DNA of 64,000 nt from Ruditapes philippinarum (taxonomy: Eukaryota). Positions 40,101-50,893 of the stretch are shown in pieces. The notes beneath the pieces are model-generated. The model was not told the DNA's origin and did no database searches. It worked only from the letters and a program-made list of their open reading frames with translations. The translations under genes and the position numbers were made by a program. Each line of letters begins with the position of its first letter. Within the stretch, counting starts at the first letter, position 1. The stretch covers positions 186,001 through 250,000 of the forward strand of contig NW_026856964.1 of NCBI RefSeq assembly GCF_026571515.1, read 5' to 3'.

Positions 40101-43100
40101 CAACATTAAAGTATAAGTATGAAAACGAAAAATGCTAATTGAATTTGTGGGCCAAAATAAATTTGTTCTTTTAGTAATTCTATGGCAAATAGTACCAATT
40201 ATGTCGTCACTTCATATTAAGAAGCGAATATGTAAAATGTGTGAGTGTAAACAATTTTCTAAATTGACTTTCGGGTAAAATATTTCTCACAGAATTTAGA
40301 TTTAAAATATTTGTAAAGATCTATGTCCATGGTAAGTTCTAACATCAAGATTGGTTTATCTTACAATAGCGGTTGATGTCTGTCCAAAGGAGTCCTACAC
40401 CTCTGTTACTGGTCTTGATACCCTCAAAGACTGTTGTCCTAATTTACCGGGTGCTCTATGTCGACCTACGTGCCAATCTGGATATGTAAAATCGTCAACT
40501 CTAACAACTGTACAGTGCAAAAACGGAAATTGGAATGTCAAACTAGATAGTATTTGTAAAGGTATCTTAGACATTACAATATCTAACGTTTGATGTGCAA
40601 TTTTATGACCACCTGTTTGCACTTATAATGACAAAAATGAACTAACAAGCTTAACAACGGACTAAAAGAAATAAGGAAATATATAATTTACAGTTACAAT
40701 AAAGGACAGTTTTTTAATTACCTCAAAAAAAGAAAAATGAATGAAACTAAAAAGATAATACTGTTTATATCACCATTTTCATTTTGATTCTATTTTTGAA
40801 CAAGTAAAGGTATTTTAAACAAACTGAGCAATTTCAGACCACGCTGATCTACATATTGTTTTAGTATTGCTTTACGTTTAGTATTATTTACACTGTTTTA
40901 TTATCTCCAATTAACAACAGTATTCTATGTCAAGAAATCTATAGCCGTACTTAAGACTGTTTTGTATTATTTGTAAAGTTCCTGCAGAGGAGGATGGCAA
41001 GCAATCTTATGTGGTCTTCATAGCCATCGGCGTTGGAGGTGTTGTGCTGCTTGTTATTCTTGGAGTTGCCGCTGTGATTTTGTGTCGCCGTAGAAATAGA
41101 AGGTTTGTTCAGTCATGCCAGATTGGTATGGCTCTATTAGAGTGCATATATTTACAAAAGCATATTGTTTTACATAGCCTAATTTTGAAGCATGTACGGA
41201 ATTCAGTTGATGTGTTTAAGATTGAACACTGTAATGTAATTCAGTTGGCGTTGCCGAGTTTAAACATTGTATAGAGTCATTGTAAGCTTTGATACTCATT
41301 GTTTGGTTAAAGTTAACAGAAGTTGAGACTTATTTTGCTTAATTCGTTTTGTCATTTAAACTTAAGCTATCCATTGCTTATGATGTTGGGCAGTTATGTA
41401 TTGAAAATTCTACAATTAAACGACAGTGGTATAAAATCTGTCTAGGTATGTCAGCTTATCTATGCTCTTTACCGGCGGTAGCTGCAATATATTATCTTCT
41501 CTATACAGCTTTGTCTATATATTTGGGCAATGTCTCTGACCGAGACAATGTATTCACACGAAATCAGCTGTCATGCTCGGAAATGTCAAAACTGGTCTTA
41601 GTGTTTAGGTTCTAGAACGAATGCTGCAATATGTGTATTTTCTTTCTTTTTGTACAAAGTATATATGTATTCTTTGAAGCAGAACAACAAACATACAAAA
41701 GTTACACCCTATCAGGTACTGTATATTTTCTCCTTGTTGATTTTTATGTAGCGTTTTACAGTTGCAAATGATTGGTTTGAAGGAAAAGTTGTTTGATGAC
41801 TATCTTTACCTTTTGAATTATAATTACCGAATACAAAATGTGTATGCATCATATTGTTTCAGAAAGCCAAACGGCACAGGTCATGTTCAAGGCAATCATC
41901 ATACATACGAGACGCATGGTAATAACGGTGGATATGCAACAGCCGATGGTATACTTAGTCCGGACCCTCCACCGTATGTTTGATGTTAACTTTTTTACAG
42001 AGTAAAAGAGAAGTAAATGAGTTAAGCATAATTAACATTTAGAATGTTTAAGTTTTCTTACATACATATTAGTAACATGACATTTTTGAACTTTGTTTCA
42101 GTGTTCAGTTTTGCCTTCGAAAGAACTTCTTCCAATTATTTCCACCATCTGGTCGTTTTGGTCATTCCTTTTCCTAGTCAAAAATTCAATAGATCACTTG
42201 AAAAAGAGTTATTAATATGTTTATTGTTTCCAACCAGCGGGACAGTCTGCTTGATGGCTAGAACAGGAGATGATTAACTGTCCGTCTGTTTCTGTGCTGC
42301 ATAGGAGACGATTTGTTTTCTCAACGCCTGTCTTTGCACTACCAGATCAATGCCACGGTTTTGTTTCGAAGCCAAAGTATGTCTAACTTGCAATTATTTT
42401 ACTTTTCTACTGTCCTTACTTTTCCCCAAGGTAAGATATAAGGTACCAATGCAAATTAAAAGTATTTGATTCCATACAGTTATATATATATATATATTTA
42501 AATCTTTCCGTTTAGTTCGCAAGAAAGAATACCAGAACCGGAAGAATACGATTATTTGGATGAGGCGAATATGATAAGTGCAGCAAAGTTAAACGTTTTT
42601 CTGCCACCAGAAGGAGATGATAGCAAAAAGCAAGGAGAGAGAAGAGCTAGTTCTGCTAGTGGTAGATATAGCAAGTGGCCATTAGGTAAAATATTTGTGT
42701 TATGTTTTATTTTATTTGTCTATTTTGCACACTGGCACCGGTCAAGTACAACCTCTAATGACTGCCTCAGGGAGTTAACATCGAAATTGATAGCTCGGTT
42801 TTGGCAGAATATCATTTTTTACGACAGAATTTGGATATATGGTTGTCCGTCCGTCCGTCTGTCCGGTCTGTTAACAGGTTTTCTTATCCGGTCTGTATTT
42901 TTTGAACCGTTGGAAGGAAATTGAAACTACTTGGCAGAAATGTTAACCGTAATATGACGATGTGCAGAGCGCAGGTTTGGCATTCTTCAGGTCAAGGTCA
43001 CAGTTAATCATTTTCAATTTCAAAATTGTGTGTCTGCTCCGTTTCTTTTAAACCGATAGTATGAATTTAAATATATTTGGCAGAGAAATTTATATTACTG

Positions 43101-44506
43101 AGGTGATGTTCAGGACGCAGTTTTGGATTACATCATTCAAAATTCTAATATAAGTATATATATATAACAAAGGGAGATTACAAAGTATGAATTTAGTTAT
43201 TTGTTTCCCCACAATATAAATGTATATGTATTTACCTCCCTCTCCCTTTATTTTCCAAAATATATTGCTTGATAATGTCTTTGTATCAAATTTCATATGT
43301 TTAGATTTTTTTCCAGTGAAGATGATAATAATTGAGTTTATATGTTTTAATTATTTTGAAATAAGAGAATCTTATTGATTTAAACTTATGTTACTTATGA
43401 TATGTAAACTCACTAAATAATGATAAGGTTTGTGCCCTTGAAATTCTGGTATTAAGGTATTTATATGTTTCTTTTAATTCTTAACATTTAAAAACCAACA
43501 TTATCATTGTTTTCAGTCAGTATATATACCCCGTGACAATTGCATGGAGATAAATAATCATCACTTTGTGCTTCAAAATAAGCTTTAGAAGGGCATGACT
43601 GGTGACATGTCCGGGGTCTGTACTCCACAGCGAAAAGCTGTGGCATATATAATTGTCATTAAATATTTATGTTACAAGAGCATAGCCCTTTGGCATGTAT
43701 CAATATAAATCTTAATATTAATAACTGAAATAAAACATGTTTTGGACAAATATTTTAAATGTGTATCCTCTCTCTTTAAAAATTATTTTTGATTACTTTG
43801 AATTTTATTTATTTAAACCAATTTTGCATTCGGGTGTATATTGCCACGTCTTTGCGGTGCTCTTGTTTAGAACATGAACGGTCCTGTGTCTGGAATCCCT
43901 AATTTCGGTGCTTGAAGGGCAGATTAAACATACATGCATCAGAAAATTAAGCGAATATGTGGTCACATGGAAAAGCCTTATCCAGGGCCGCGCAACCACA
44001 AACGATGAAAGAACGTCAGCACAAATGTCGCCTTCAGAACGGGGCATTTGCTTCATCCACTTGTCACATTCGTTGTCATTTGTGCTGTGTATACATTTCT
44101 TCCCTTCTCTTGCGATTTATCATGTAAAATAAATAGGTCTTATGCCAGCGCTCATGATTCTTTTGTAAATATGCCAATTGTTAAACAACAACAACACGTT
44201 CTTTTTATTTTTGTAGAAAATTACGGTTATTTGACGGCATCTTACACAGGAAGCGTAAGTAATGAGCCGAAGCCGGACTATCTCGACTTCAACCAGAATG
44301 ACGATTATCTACAACCTAGTTCTATTGACAGTGGCTCGGGTTTTGGGTCTATAAATCCTTCATTCGCTCATGACCGTAGCTATCACAGCCGTGTTGACCA
44401 CAACAGCGGTACAAATCATTACAGGAACAGCGGAAGCAGCTCAGGCGGACGGATTTCTTTAAACAGAGACCCATTATCGGCGAGATACAGTCAAAATGTT
44501 GAATGA
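19118..44506 (+). CDS. LRP4/5/6-like type-I membrane receptor, copy A: signal peptide, 3x(YWTD propeller + EGF), Sushi/CCP, TM, Tyr-rich tail; 25 coding exons, about 1280 aa. Exons 5-7, 9-11 and 15 are disrupted in this sequence
   Basis: Phase-consistent GT-AG exon chain built by hand. Motifs LAIDWLGRNVYWTD, LYWCD, CELNNGDCEHVCLP..CAC..C, CRPTCQSGY..C.NGNW, and TM VVFIAIGVGGVVLLVILGVAAVILC followed by RRRNRR. TGA ends at 44506; AATAAA at 44558. Confidence 0.9.
19365..19705. mobile_element. GC-rich imperfectly palindromic MITE-like insertion in intron 1 of copy A
   Basis: Arms pair, e.g. ttagcggggcgcg with cgcgccgccgctaa, and aaaacggcgggtacgcggag with ctccacgccctggccatttt. Not seen in intron 1 of copy B. 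Confidence 0.6.
20873..20982 (+). CDS. Receptor A exon 2
   Basis: ILNNSVLWVASDGYLYFSTRLQEWTEAKITPQEFGQ; phase 1 to 0; conserved in copy B. Confidence 0.85.
22023..22185 (+). CDS. Receptor A exon 3 (hypervariable, propeller 1)
   Basis: SIKSVVIKDASSIHGIAGDIPTRHLVTSDTDNNWIILFDLDANGITYFHIGTSK; atacag acceptor and gtaagg donor; phase 0 to 1. Confidence 0.85.
22911..23100 (+). CDS. Receptor A exon 4 (YWTD repeat)
   Basis: IGHLAIDWLGRNVYWTDAGFGWI...PTGIVVHPER; donor gtaatt in phase 2. Confidence 0.9.
24298..24614 (+). pseudogene. Receptor A exon 5, disrupted by many small insertions (probable sequence error)
   Basis: Aligns to the intact copy-B exon 60567-60819 but is about 317 nt against 253 nt. 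Confidence 0.75.
25652..25848 (+). pseudogene. Receptor A exon 6, disrupted by many small insertions
   Basis: Aligns to copy-B 61581-61743; 197 nt against 163 nt. Confidence 0.75.
25950..26960. repeat. Degenerate, interrupted 16-bp minisatellite (paralogous to 61840-62350)
   Basis: Scattered cacca(t/c)ttgacatata units. Confidence 0.7.
27010..27910. mobile_element. About 0.9-kb insertion present only in copy A intron 6 (unclassified repeat)
   Basis: The flanks gcaattgtgta and aaacataaaatg are nearly adjacent in copy B (about 62408-62450). Confidence 0.55.
27981..28104 (+). pseudogene. Receptor A exon 7 (EGF 1), second half disrupted
   Basis: LCKKVNECDQICLHMEMDAGF, then indels; the intact version is at 62502-62618. 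Confidence 0.75.
29116..29260 (+). CDS. Receptor A exon 8
   Basis: DEKVLERHILFTNDKSICAVPVSVLGLGSSSIFSIHCDLVKGDSYVT; conserved in copy B. Confidence 0.85.
29750..29881 (+). CDS. Receptor A exon 9 (net +1 frameshift as assembled)
   Basis: Starts VAVNMRTK and ends STIFKQPAFKEDQREVLYESAGIVI|gtacat in a different frame. Confidence 0.55.
30631..30811 (+). pseudogene. Probable receptor A exon 10, garbled
   Basis: Fragments DMD..WI, YYASI, VLIEQLTDSDI and LNIA fall in shifting frames at the expected position. Confidence 0.45.
31256..31407 (+). CDS. Receptor A exon 11 (donor site unclear)
   Basis: KVYWISSFLEGTGKNYVLNAWSIETKTSEIIPTSLLSKPSDLEYDR; the donor reads gataac. Confidence 0.65.
32001..32118 (+). 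CDS. Receptor A exon 12
   Basis: LLWNDDDGHIGMINTDRTGERKYDTATTGEPRHAVTVYK|gtaaag. Confidence 0.8.
32828..32981 (+). CDS. Receptor A exon 13
   Basis: NFIISSTEENRQF...VEDVHVYESALQPFDL; phase 0 to 1. Confidence 0.82.
33455..33571 (+). CDS. Receptor A exon 14 (EGF 2)
   Basis: SCELNNGDCEHVCLPGSEGKCACFLGYFLNGDNKSCRS. Confidence 0.9.
33773..34002 (+). CDS. Receptor A exon 15 (1-nt frameshift in an A8 run)
   Basis: VLNENYFVVLDE...LALDPKRNGVIWVD; adding one A at 33954-33961 restores KITLGTSDETAVMS|gtaaga. Confidence 0.8.
34400..34605 (-). mobile_element. tRNA-derived SINE, same head as 8419
   Basis: Reverse complement gccgtccggttagctcaataggtagagcgttggacagtaaatcggggaccctggttcgattc has A and B boxes. 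The 3' extent is approximate. Confidence 0.7.
34863..35031 (+). CDS. Receptor A exon 16
   Basis: VDNNAAIAVDVSSGNIYISSGRKISVV...KIAVMPQSG; phase 1 to 2. Confidence 0.85.
36600..36830 (+). mobile_element. Tc1/mariner transposase C-terminal relic
   Basis: EKWQHLPKNGIRRLTCSMRRRIEAIILAHGGYTRY matches the Tc1 C-terminal signature (SM.RR..AVI.A.GG.T.Y); a decayed DMN..E..LW lies upstream. Confidence 0.8.
37200..37324 (+). CDS. Receptor A exon 17
   Basis: SIAWYEGNTRIVIANMDGSNVRPITVQSMEKPEDIAFDLDD. Confidence 0.88.
37892..38048 (+). CDS. Receptor A exon 18
   Basis: RGLYWCDSVLDKIEKID...PVAIEIFADVIYL. Confidence 0.88.
38433..38542 (+). CDS. Receptor A exon 19
   Basis: KIVQINKINGLQQRDVFESPLLGSLDNFFISRKFVT; phase 2 to 1. 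Confidence 0.8.
39164..39289 (+). CDS. Receptor A exon 20 (EGF 3)
   Basis: HDLCGDCNGGCSNLCLPIGRSKRCACREGVNLKQDELTCQY. Confidence 0.9.
39487..39960 (+). mobile_element. Decayed Helentron/HINE-like repeat
   Basis: T-rich start, atccgtcgtctgtct microsatellite remnant, and core repeats with gagttatg. Family assignment is from memory. Confidence 0.45.
40370..40561 (+). CDS. Receptor A exon 21 (Sushi/CCP domain)
   Basis: CP...C.....G..C...C..GY.........C..G.W......C pattern on a single phase 1-1 exon. Confidence 0.88.
40979..41102 (+). CDS. Receptor A exon 22 (transmembrane)
   Basis: VVFIAIGVGGVVLLVILGVAAVILC followed by the basic stop-transfer RRRNRR. Confidence 0.9.
41863..41973 (+). CDS. Receptor A exon 23 (cytoplasmic)
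   Basis: KPNGTGHVQGNHHTYETHGNNGGYATADGILSPDPP; phase 2 to 2. Confidence 0.8.
42516..42685 (+). CDS. Receptor A exon 24 (cytoplasmic)
   Basis: SQERIPEPEEYDYLDEANM...RRASSASGRYSKWPL; phase 2 to 1. Confidence 0.82.
42815..43150 (+). mobile_element. Helentron-associated (HINE/pearl-like) non-autonomous element fragment
   Basis: Poly-T start, (GTCC/GTCT)n microsatellite at 42845-42870, then a core with ggtcaaggtcac; this layout is typical of bivalve HINEs. Confidence 0.65.
44217..44506 (+). CDS. Receptor A exon 25 (last, cytoplasmic)
   Basis: NYGYLTASYTGSVSNEPKPDYLDFNQNDDYLQP...INPSF...YSQNVE*. Confidence 0.85.
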
Positions 44507-47500
44507 CTACTTGACGGCATTTTTATTGTCTAACATAATTAATAAGATTTCTAATCAAATAAATATATATTCACGATTTGGTTGTATTTGCTGTTTACAT
44601 GTAAAAGTTAGTTCTGATCATTTGCTATTTTAACGATATGAACATCCAGCACAGACGCAGTCCAGAATTTTAGCAACACTAAATTCAATATCCAACAGCA
44701 TGTGCACCTTGGTCGACATATATTACTCACTCAATATATCTTTAAGAGAACGATAATTATTTTTTTTAAATCTTTATAATTTTTCTAAGCTGTTTCATAC
44801 TTCATATAAACTGGTGGACTTTTTCAATCTGAACATGGGTGTAATTATTACTTTATTAGACATGTTTACTGATGACATCACAAGCACCTGCCACCAGAAT
44901 TTAGCAGAATTAGTAAATCATAGGCACTTGGGTTTCGAGATAAAATCCCATTTAAGAGGTTTGTAAAACTCTTGTTTGATTGCATGTAATGATTTGTAAC
45001 GTAGATGTCTCGATTCCAAAACCGTCATTTTTTGGATGTTACTTAAAAATATTTTTAAATAATATTGGAAAAAATGACGGTTTTTGGAACCAAATCGTTG
45101 CATTCAATCAAATTTCAGTTCTTCAAACCTGTTAAAAAGATCCTATACGAAGAGAATAATTTCGTTTAGGATAATTAGAGACGTGACCAGTCCACTATTA
45201 GATGTAAAACATTTATCGTATTGTATTTCCTATCTTGAGGCATGCAAGCTGGCAATATAAATTAGAATATCGACAACTCATTTCACGTTTCACTTTCTTT
45301 CTTTCTTTATTTCATAACAATTATGTTTATTTCATTACAACATTGTAAAACCAGAAAACATCAACTTCATTCCGATGATTCCGAGCCTGCCAAAAGGTCT
45401 TCACTCTCTCCACCGTGTCGGTTTACTCGTCACTAGAGTGCCATTCAATCCATTCTACTTCCACATCAACTGCGATGTCTAGCTCCCAGTACTGGTTTTT
45501 TCTAATTTTTTTTGAACACGTGAAATACAGTTCTGCCAAAAGACAAACGTGATGGATAATAAGACCTCTTCTGTTTTCTGAAGAGGTGTCGTCATGCTGA
45601 ACGTTGTATTTTGTCGCACAACAGAATCCTTCACACCTGCCCACACAAAATTCCCGTATTTCAGAAATCATATTGTTTCCCAATACGTTCATGCACGTAT
45701 AAGATACGTGAAAACAAACATTATAAATGCTTGTCCAGTGCGCGCGTGCATGATTACAAACTAAGAATTCTCGAATCAGAAATACTCGATAATCAACTTA
45801 TTATTGTGTCATGGTAAGCACAAATTAAGAGAACCCCAGACAAACTCAGACAAAACCAAGTCAAATTTGACCAAGGAAAATCACTATGTGGAGCACGAAA
45901 CAAAACAAGGACAAAAAAAAACAACAGAAAAACAAAACAAACAAAAAACAACAACAAGAAAGCAAGAATAATATCTGTCTCATTAACAAAACAGTATAAT
46001 AAATTTTAAATCTTTATGTTGTCTCTCTTCGTAAGAACTATTTAATTTTACTTCTGAGAAAAAAATCCGCTCTTATAGCAGACGAACATTTTTGGTAATG
46101 CAGGTGTTTTTAACGCTTGTATCATACGGAAAATGTTTATGGACGACAAAAATATAAATATCAGGTTACAATAAAACTGCATGGTATCTTCTCAATGTTG
46201 TATGAATAAGACCTATGGTCTATTCCAGATCATTCAAGCGCTGGACACAGGACTTGCAACCTCAAGATCTCAAAATTGCACACACTCTGCATGCCGCGCT
46301 AAAATTCAAACAGGTCCCATGCAATTATCAGACAAACAGAATCTATGATTTCATTTATAAACATTCTTAGATCTTACTACCGTGAACCGCAATACCATGT
46401 TTTTATTGCAAATTAAATGAAATATTTACAAATCTTCTTAAAATCGTAATGTAAAAAGATTCTTAATTAGTTGATTTTCCAAAGCGTAAAATATATTTTG
46501 AGACAATTGCTCTTGAATGCTTGATTTGTTTAAAGCTGTATGATTAAAATGCCAACATTTTTCAAGAAAATCAAAGGAAAAGATATATTTTCAATTCAAT
46601 TTGTACTCAATGATAATGTATTTAACGTGCTGCTATATGTGTCCTACATTAGGACCTGTAATAACGACTAACGGATTATAACGGTTAGCGGTTTTCAAGT
46701 TGTATAAATTTGCTGTCGGCTTAGTATGCAATCTGCGTTTGTGAGGATGTACTTATTGTTAATTATGCTAATTTAAAAAAGAAGATATTTCAAACCATTT
46801 TAACCCTGATACTGATGAATAATCGTCGCATACTTTAATTGTCATCTGGTTTGCGGTAAACTTCTATCAATTTTATTAGTAAAAGATACTACCGGGGTAT
46901 ATTTTTCACAGGTCGTTTCATGCTGATGCACTCCGTTTTGCGTATTACATTTTTTTGCAAGCAAACAGTTTAATTGCTTGTAATTACTATATAGTTTTGC
47001 GGTGACGGCGATTAACAAATGTGAATGTGTCCATGCAAAAATAATAAGTAGAGTAATATGACTTATACTTTGGTAAGACGAGTCGAACAATTTAAATCAC
47101 GTTTTGTTCAAAGAATGCCGCAGAAATAATGTCCGAAGAAAAAAAAACATGCCAAAATTTGGAAAAAACGAAGAATTTGAGGCCGCAGAAAAAAACACTT
47201 ATACGGTATATACAGTGTTCATCATGTTTAACTTAAATCAAAATATGCAAAATTAGTCCGTACTGCATAAGTCACGTAGTAGAAATATTGTGATAAGTAC
47301 AAGGAAATTTAGTATTTAATCTCCTGTAACATGTAAATTATGACTTAGATGTTGAAAAGTGTTTCTTTTATTAAAATCTTCATAATTTTTTCTTGAAATA
47401 TTTTGCATTTTAAGCAGCAACTTTAAACATGTCACACATTCGTGAGTAAATTTCCGGAATATGCCCCTATATGACGGCTGTGTCAAGAAATCAATTAAAA

Positions 47501-50500
47501 GTATATCATTTTTTACAAAGATTTATAACCTTTCATTTAAAAGAGGAAAAACATCAAAAGACTTTGCAATCCGATTAATACACTCCCATGTTCAAATCAA
47601 ATAGCCTCGTGTTCGATGCTCTTTCTATAACATATTTCACCAACATTTCTAATAGTAAAATGATGTTTAAAATGCGTGCAAAGAAAGATAACTACAATCC
47701 CGATTTTATTTAATAAAATATAAACTTGTTATAAAAATACGGTTTATGATATTTTGATATGTAATTACACAGGTGCTTGTTTATAACATATATATTTCTT
47801 ATTTAAGTAAATTGAAAACGCGTTTCTCTAAATGGAAATGAAATTGGTTGATGTTACTGATGCATCATTAAATTAAAAACGTATACTGGAACATGTCCGT
47901 ATTTTAGAAAGCATATAGTTTCCCATACGTTCATGCACGTATAAGACACATATAGCCGTGAAAACAAACATTTTTATTAAGAATGCATGTCCAGACGTAA
48001 AAAAGTACAATATACACACAGCAGCACACAAGAAGATACGAGCTTTGATAAAAGTGTCCATCCGTCCATACGTGCATGATAACAAACTAAGAATTCTCGA
48101 ATCAGAAATACTCAACTTATGATAGTGTCATGGAAGGCACAACATAAGAAAACATGAAGATAAACTCCGACAAAATCAAGTCAAATTTGACCATCAAAGA
48201 TTAATACGTGGAGCACAAAACAAATCAAGGACAAACACGCATGCGCACATACATGCACGCACGTTCGAACACACACAAGATTAATATTTCAGTATATTAT
48301 ATGTATTTTTAACAAAATAGTGTAATAAATATATATGTCGGCTCGCTTTTTACGAATTATTTAGATAAACGTGTAAGAAAAAAATAATACGCTCCCATAG
48401 CAGACGAAAATTATTTGTAATGCAGGTGTTTTTGACGGCTTGTATCAATCTTACTAGGTTTATTAAATCTCGACGAGGAAGAAAAAATATCAGATTACAA
48501 TTAATTTAACTGACAAATAACAAAACAGAAGAGCTATAGAAATGATAAAAGCTTGCTACGTATTTGAAAGTGTTTATTCACGCTGTTCTACAAAAAAATG
48601 AAACTTCGACAAGAGCAATAGCGACTTTTTTTTTGGCATGTTTTATTTGGCTTCACTAATAATCACTTTATTGCGTCATTTAGTTTACGAAAGGGATTCT
48701 ATGAATCACTATTAAAAAGGGGAGAAGATGACTATTAACGGAATTTGAGAGTGTCGAATTTTGTTTTTCTAAGAAAATAATTACACAGATTATTCTTAAA
48801 GAAATACAGCGATTTCATTGGCTGAAAAATAAACATGATAAATCCTGGACACTTAACTACAAATGTAAAATGAATATCGCGATTTGAATTTTTAGATTAA
48901 ATAAACCTATCTTTGTGAATAAGGATTTTTGTGCGTATATATATTTAAAGGTAGGAATTTGATAATTATATAGCATCTATGTTTATATTGATATTGTACA
49001 TTAATTTAGTAAAACTTTTTTTTTGAAAATTTTGTCGTCGGAAAATATAACTCAGGCCTAAATCATTCTAGATTTTAAGTTTTAACGGAGTCTTTAAAAG
49101 CAGAAATTATTTGAGATTAAAAGTTTACTAAACGATAAAATTGTTAAAAGTTATGCTTTATTATGCTAAAACAAACAAAGAAAATCTACACGAATGATTA
49201 TATAAATGTGGTACATTTTAGTAACAAATAATTGAAAAGGGATAAGTTCCGTATTTCTTCTGTCAAAATATTGACGGAAGAATAACATTTATTACATATT
49301 TCCATTAAAGGCTGAAACGAAATGTGAAATATATTTTCCAAATTTAAACAGGGACTTACTATGTAGCTTAAAATAATGTTTTAAATGAATTCGCAAATAA
49401 AACTGCATGGTTTCTTCTCAATCCGTATATGTTGTATGAATAAGACCTATGGTCTGTTCCAGATCATTCATGCTCTGGACACAGGACTTGCAACCTAAAG
49501 ATCTCAAAATTGTACACACTCTGCATGCCGTGCTAAAATTCAAACAGGTCGCGTTTCATTAGCTGAAGTGCGTTTTGAACTCATTTACATAAGCAAATGT
49601 AAAAATCAGACAAACAAAATCTATGATTTCATTTCTAAACATTCTTAGATCTTACTCACGCGAACCGCCATACCATGTTTTTGATGCAAATATTTAATAC
49701 AAATCTTCTTAAAATCGTAATGTAAAAAGATTCTTAACTGATTGTTTTTCACAAGCGTGATATATTTTCGGAAATTTGCTCTTGATTGCTTCATATGTTT
49801 AAAGCTGTATGATTAAAATGCCAACATATTTCAAGAAAATCAAAGGAAAAGATATATTTTCAAGTAAATTTTTACATAATGATCATGTTTTTCTTGATAT
49901 ATTCTTAACGATTTTGGTAATGTATTCAAAAACACTTTATATATTCTCGAACGCTAATGTCATGACTAGGTGTTCTCAGTCATTATTTTCTCGAATATTG
50001 CAGTTGATTCGTTTCATCGAAACATTTATATATTCAATTTAGTTCAGAACCTCACTTTACAGCATGCAATGAAAACAGACGACATTAACTTAATTTATAA
50101 TAATTGTTAACGAAAAGCTATTCTTAGTGTATTTTGTGCCATAAAAAGTCAAACATAGCAGACGAAAACAAATGTTCAAAATGAACACACAATTTGTTGA
50201 TTTGAGCTCATCTTTCTTTGTCCATTTAAGTACAAACTTTTAAATTATTTTTCAAATAAACCTTACCAATAAAGTTAAATGAAGATATTCGATAAATGGT
50301 TAATGCAAAATAGTAATCGTGACACTTAAACGACATTTCTTTTTATTTTTCTGATGACACTAAATTACTATACTGGCCATAGCTTTCTCAGAAGTGGCGG
50401 ATGAAAAAAATGTCAATGTTTATTTGAGCTCATCTTTCTTTGTCTATTAAAGTACAAAACTTTTTAAAATAAGATTCAAATAAACTTAACCATTAAGTCA

Positions 50501-50512
50501 CATATTCGACAT

Positions 50513-50893
50513 ACTCCACTTTTGCCTAATTATGGTCAAAACACGTAAAAATGTGTGCAAAACGACCCCTAAATACACCGGCATCACATCGTACGGTTGA
50601 CATCATTTAACAATTATTATAAATTTAAATTAAGTTAATGTCATCTGCTGTTGTCGGTAAGTAAATGGTTGGATTTAACTTTATGTTTTTAATGTTTTAA
50701 TGAAAACATCTAGTAAGACAGGAGAGTATTCTTTCAACTGATACACGCACACGGTGCAATTCATTCTCATTTATGCAAACACTCCCATACAATTTGACGA
50801 GGGGACTCCACATTTGCCTAATTGTGGTCAGAATACTTAAAAAATGTGTGCAAAACGACCCCTAAATATACAGGCATCACATCGTATGGTTGA
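50513..50893. repeat. About 88-bp direct repeat, two copies about 290 bp apart
   Basis: actccacatttgcctaatt...aaaacgacccctaaat...catcacatcgta.ggttga at 50513 and 50804. Confidence 0.8.

Noticed and set aside
19118-44506. Naming the gene LRP4, LRP5 or LRP6
   Set aside because: It has three propellers, no LDLa repeats, no PPPSP or NPxY motifs and an extra Sushi domain; orthology is not supported.
45365-45640. Possible decayed transposase fragment (SDDSEPAKRSS...)
   Set aside because: Multiple stops and no diagnostic motif; it needs TBLASTX against a repeat library.
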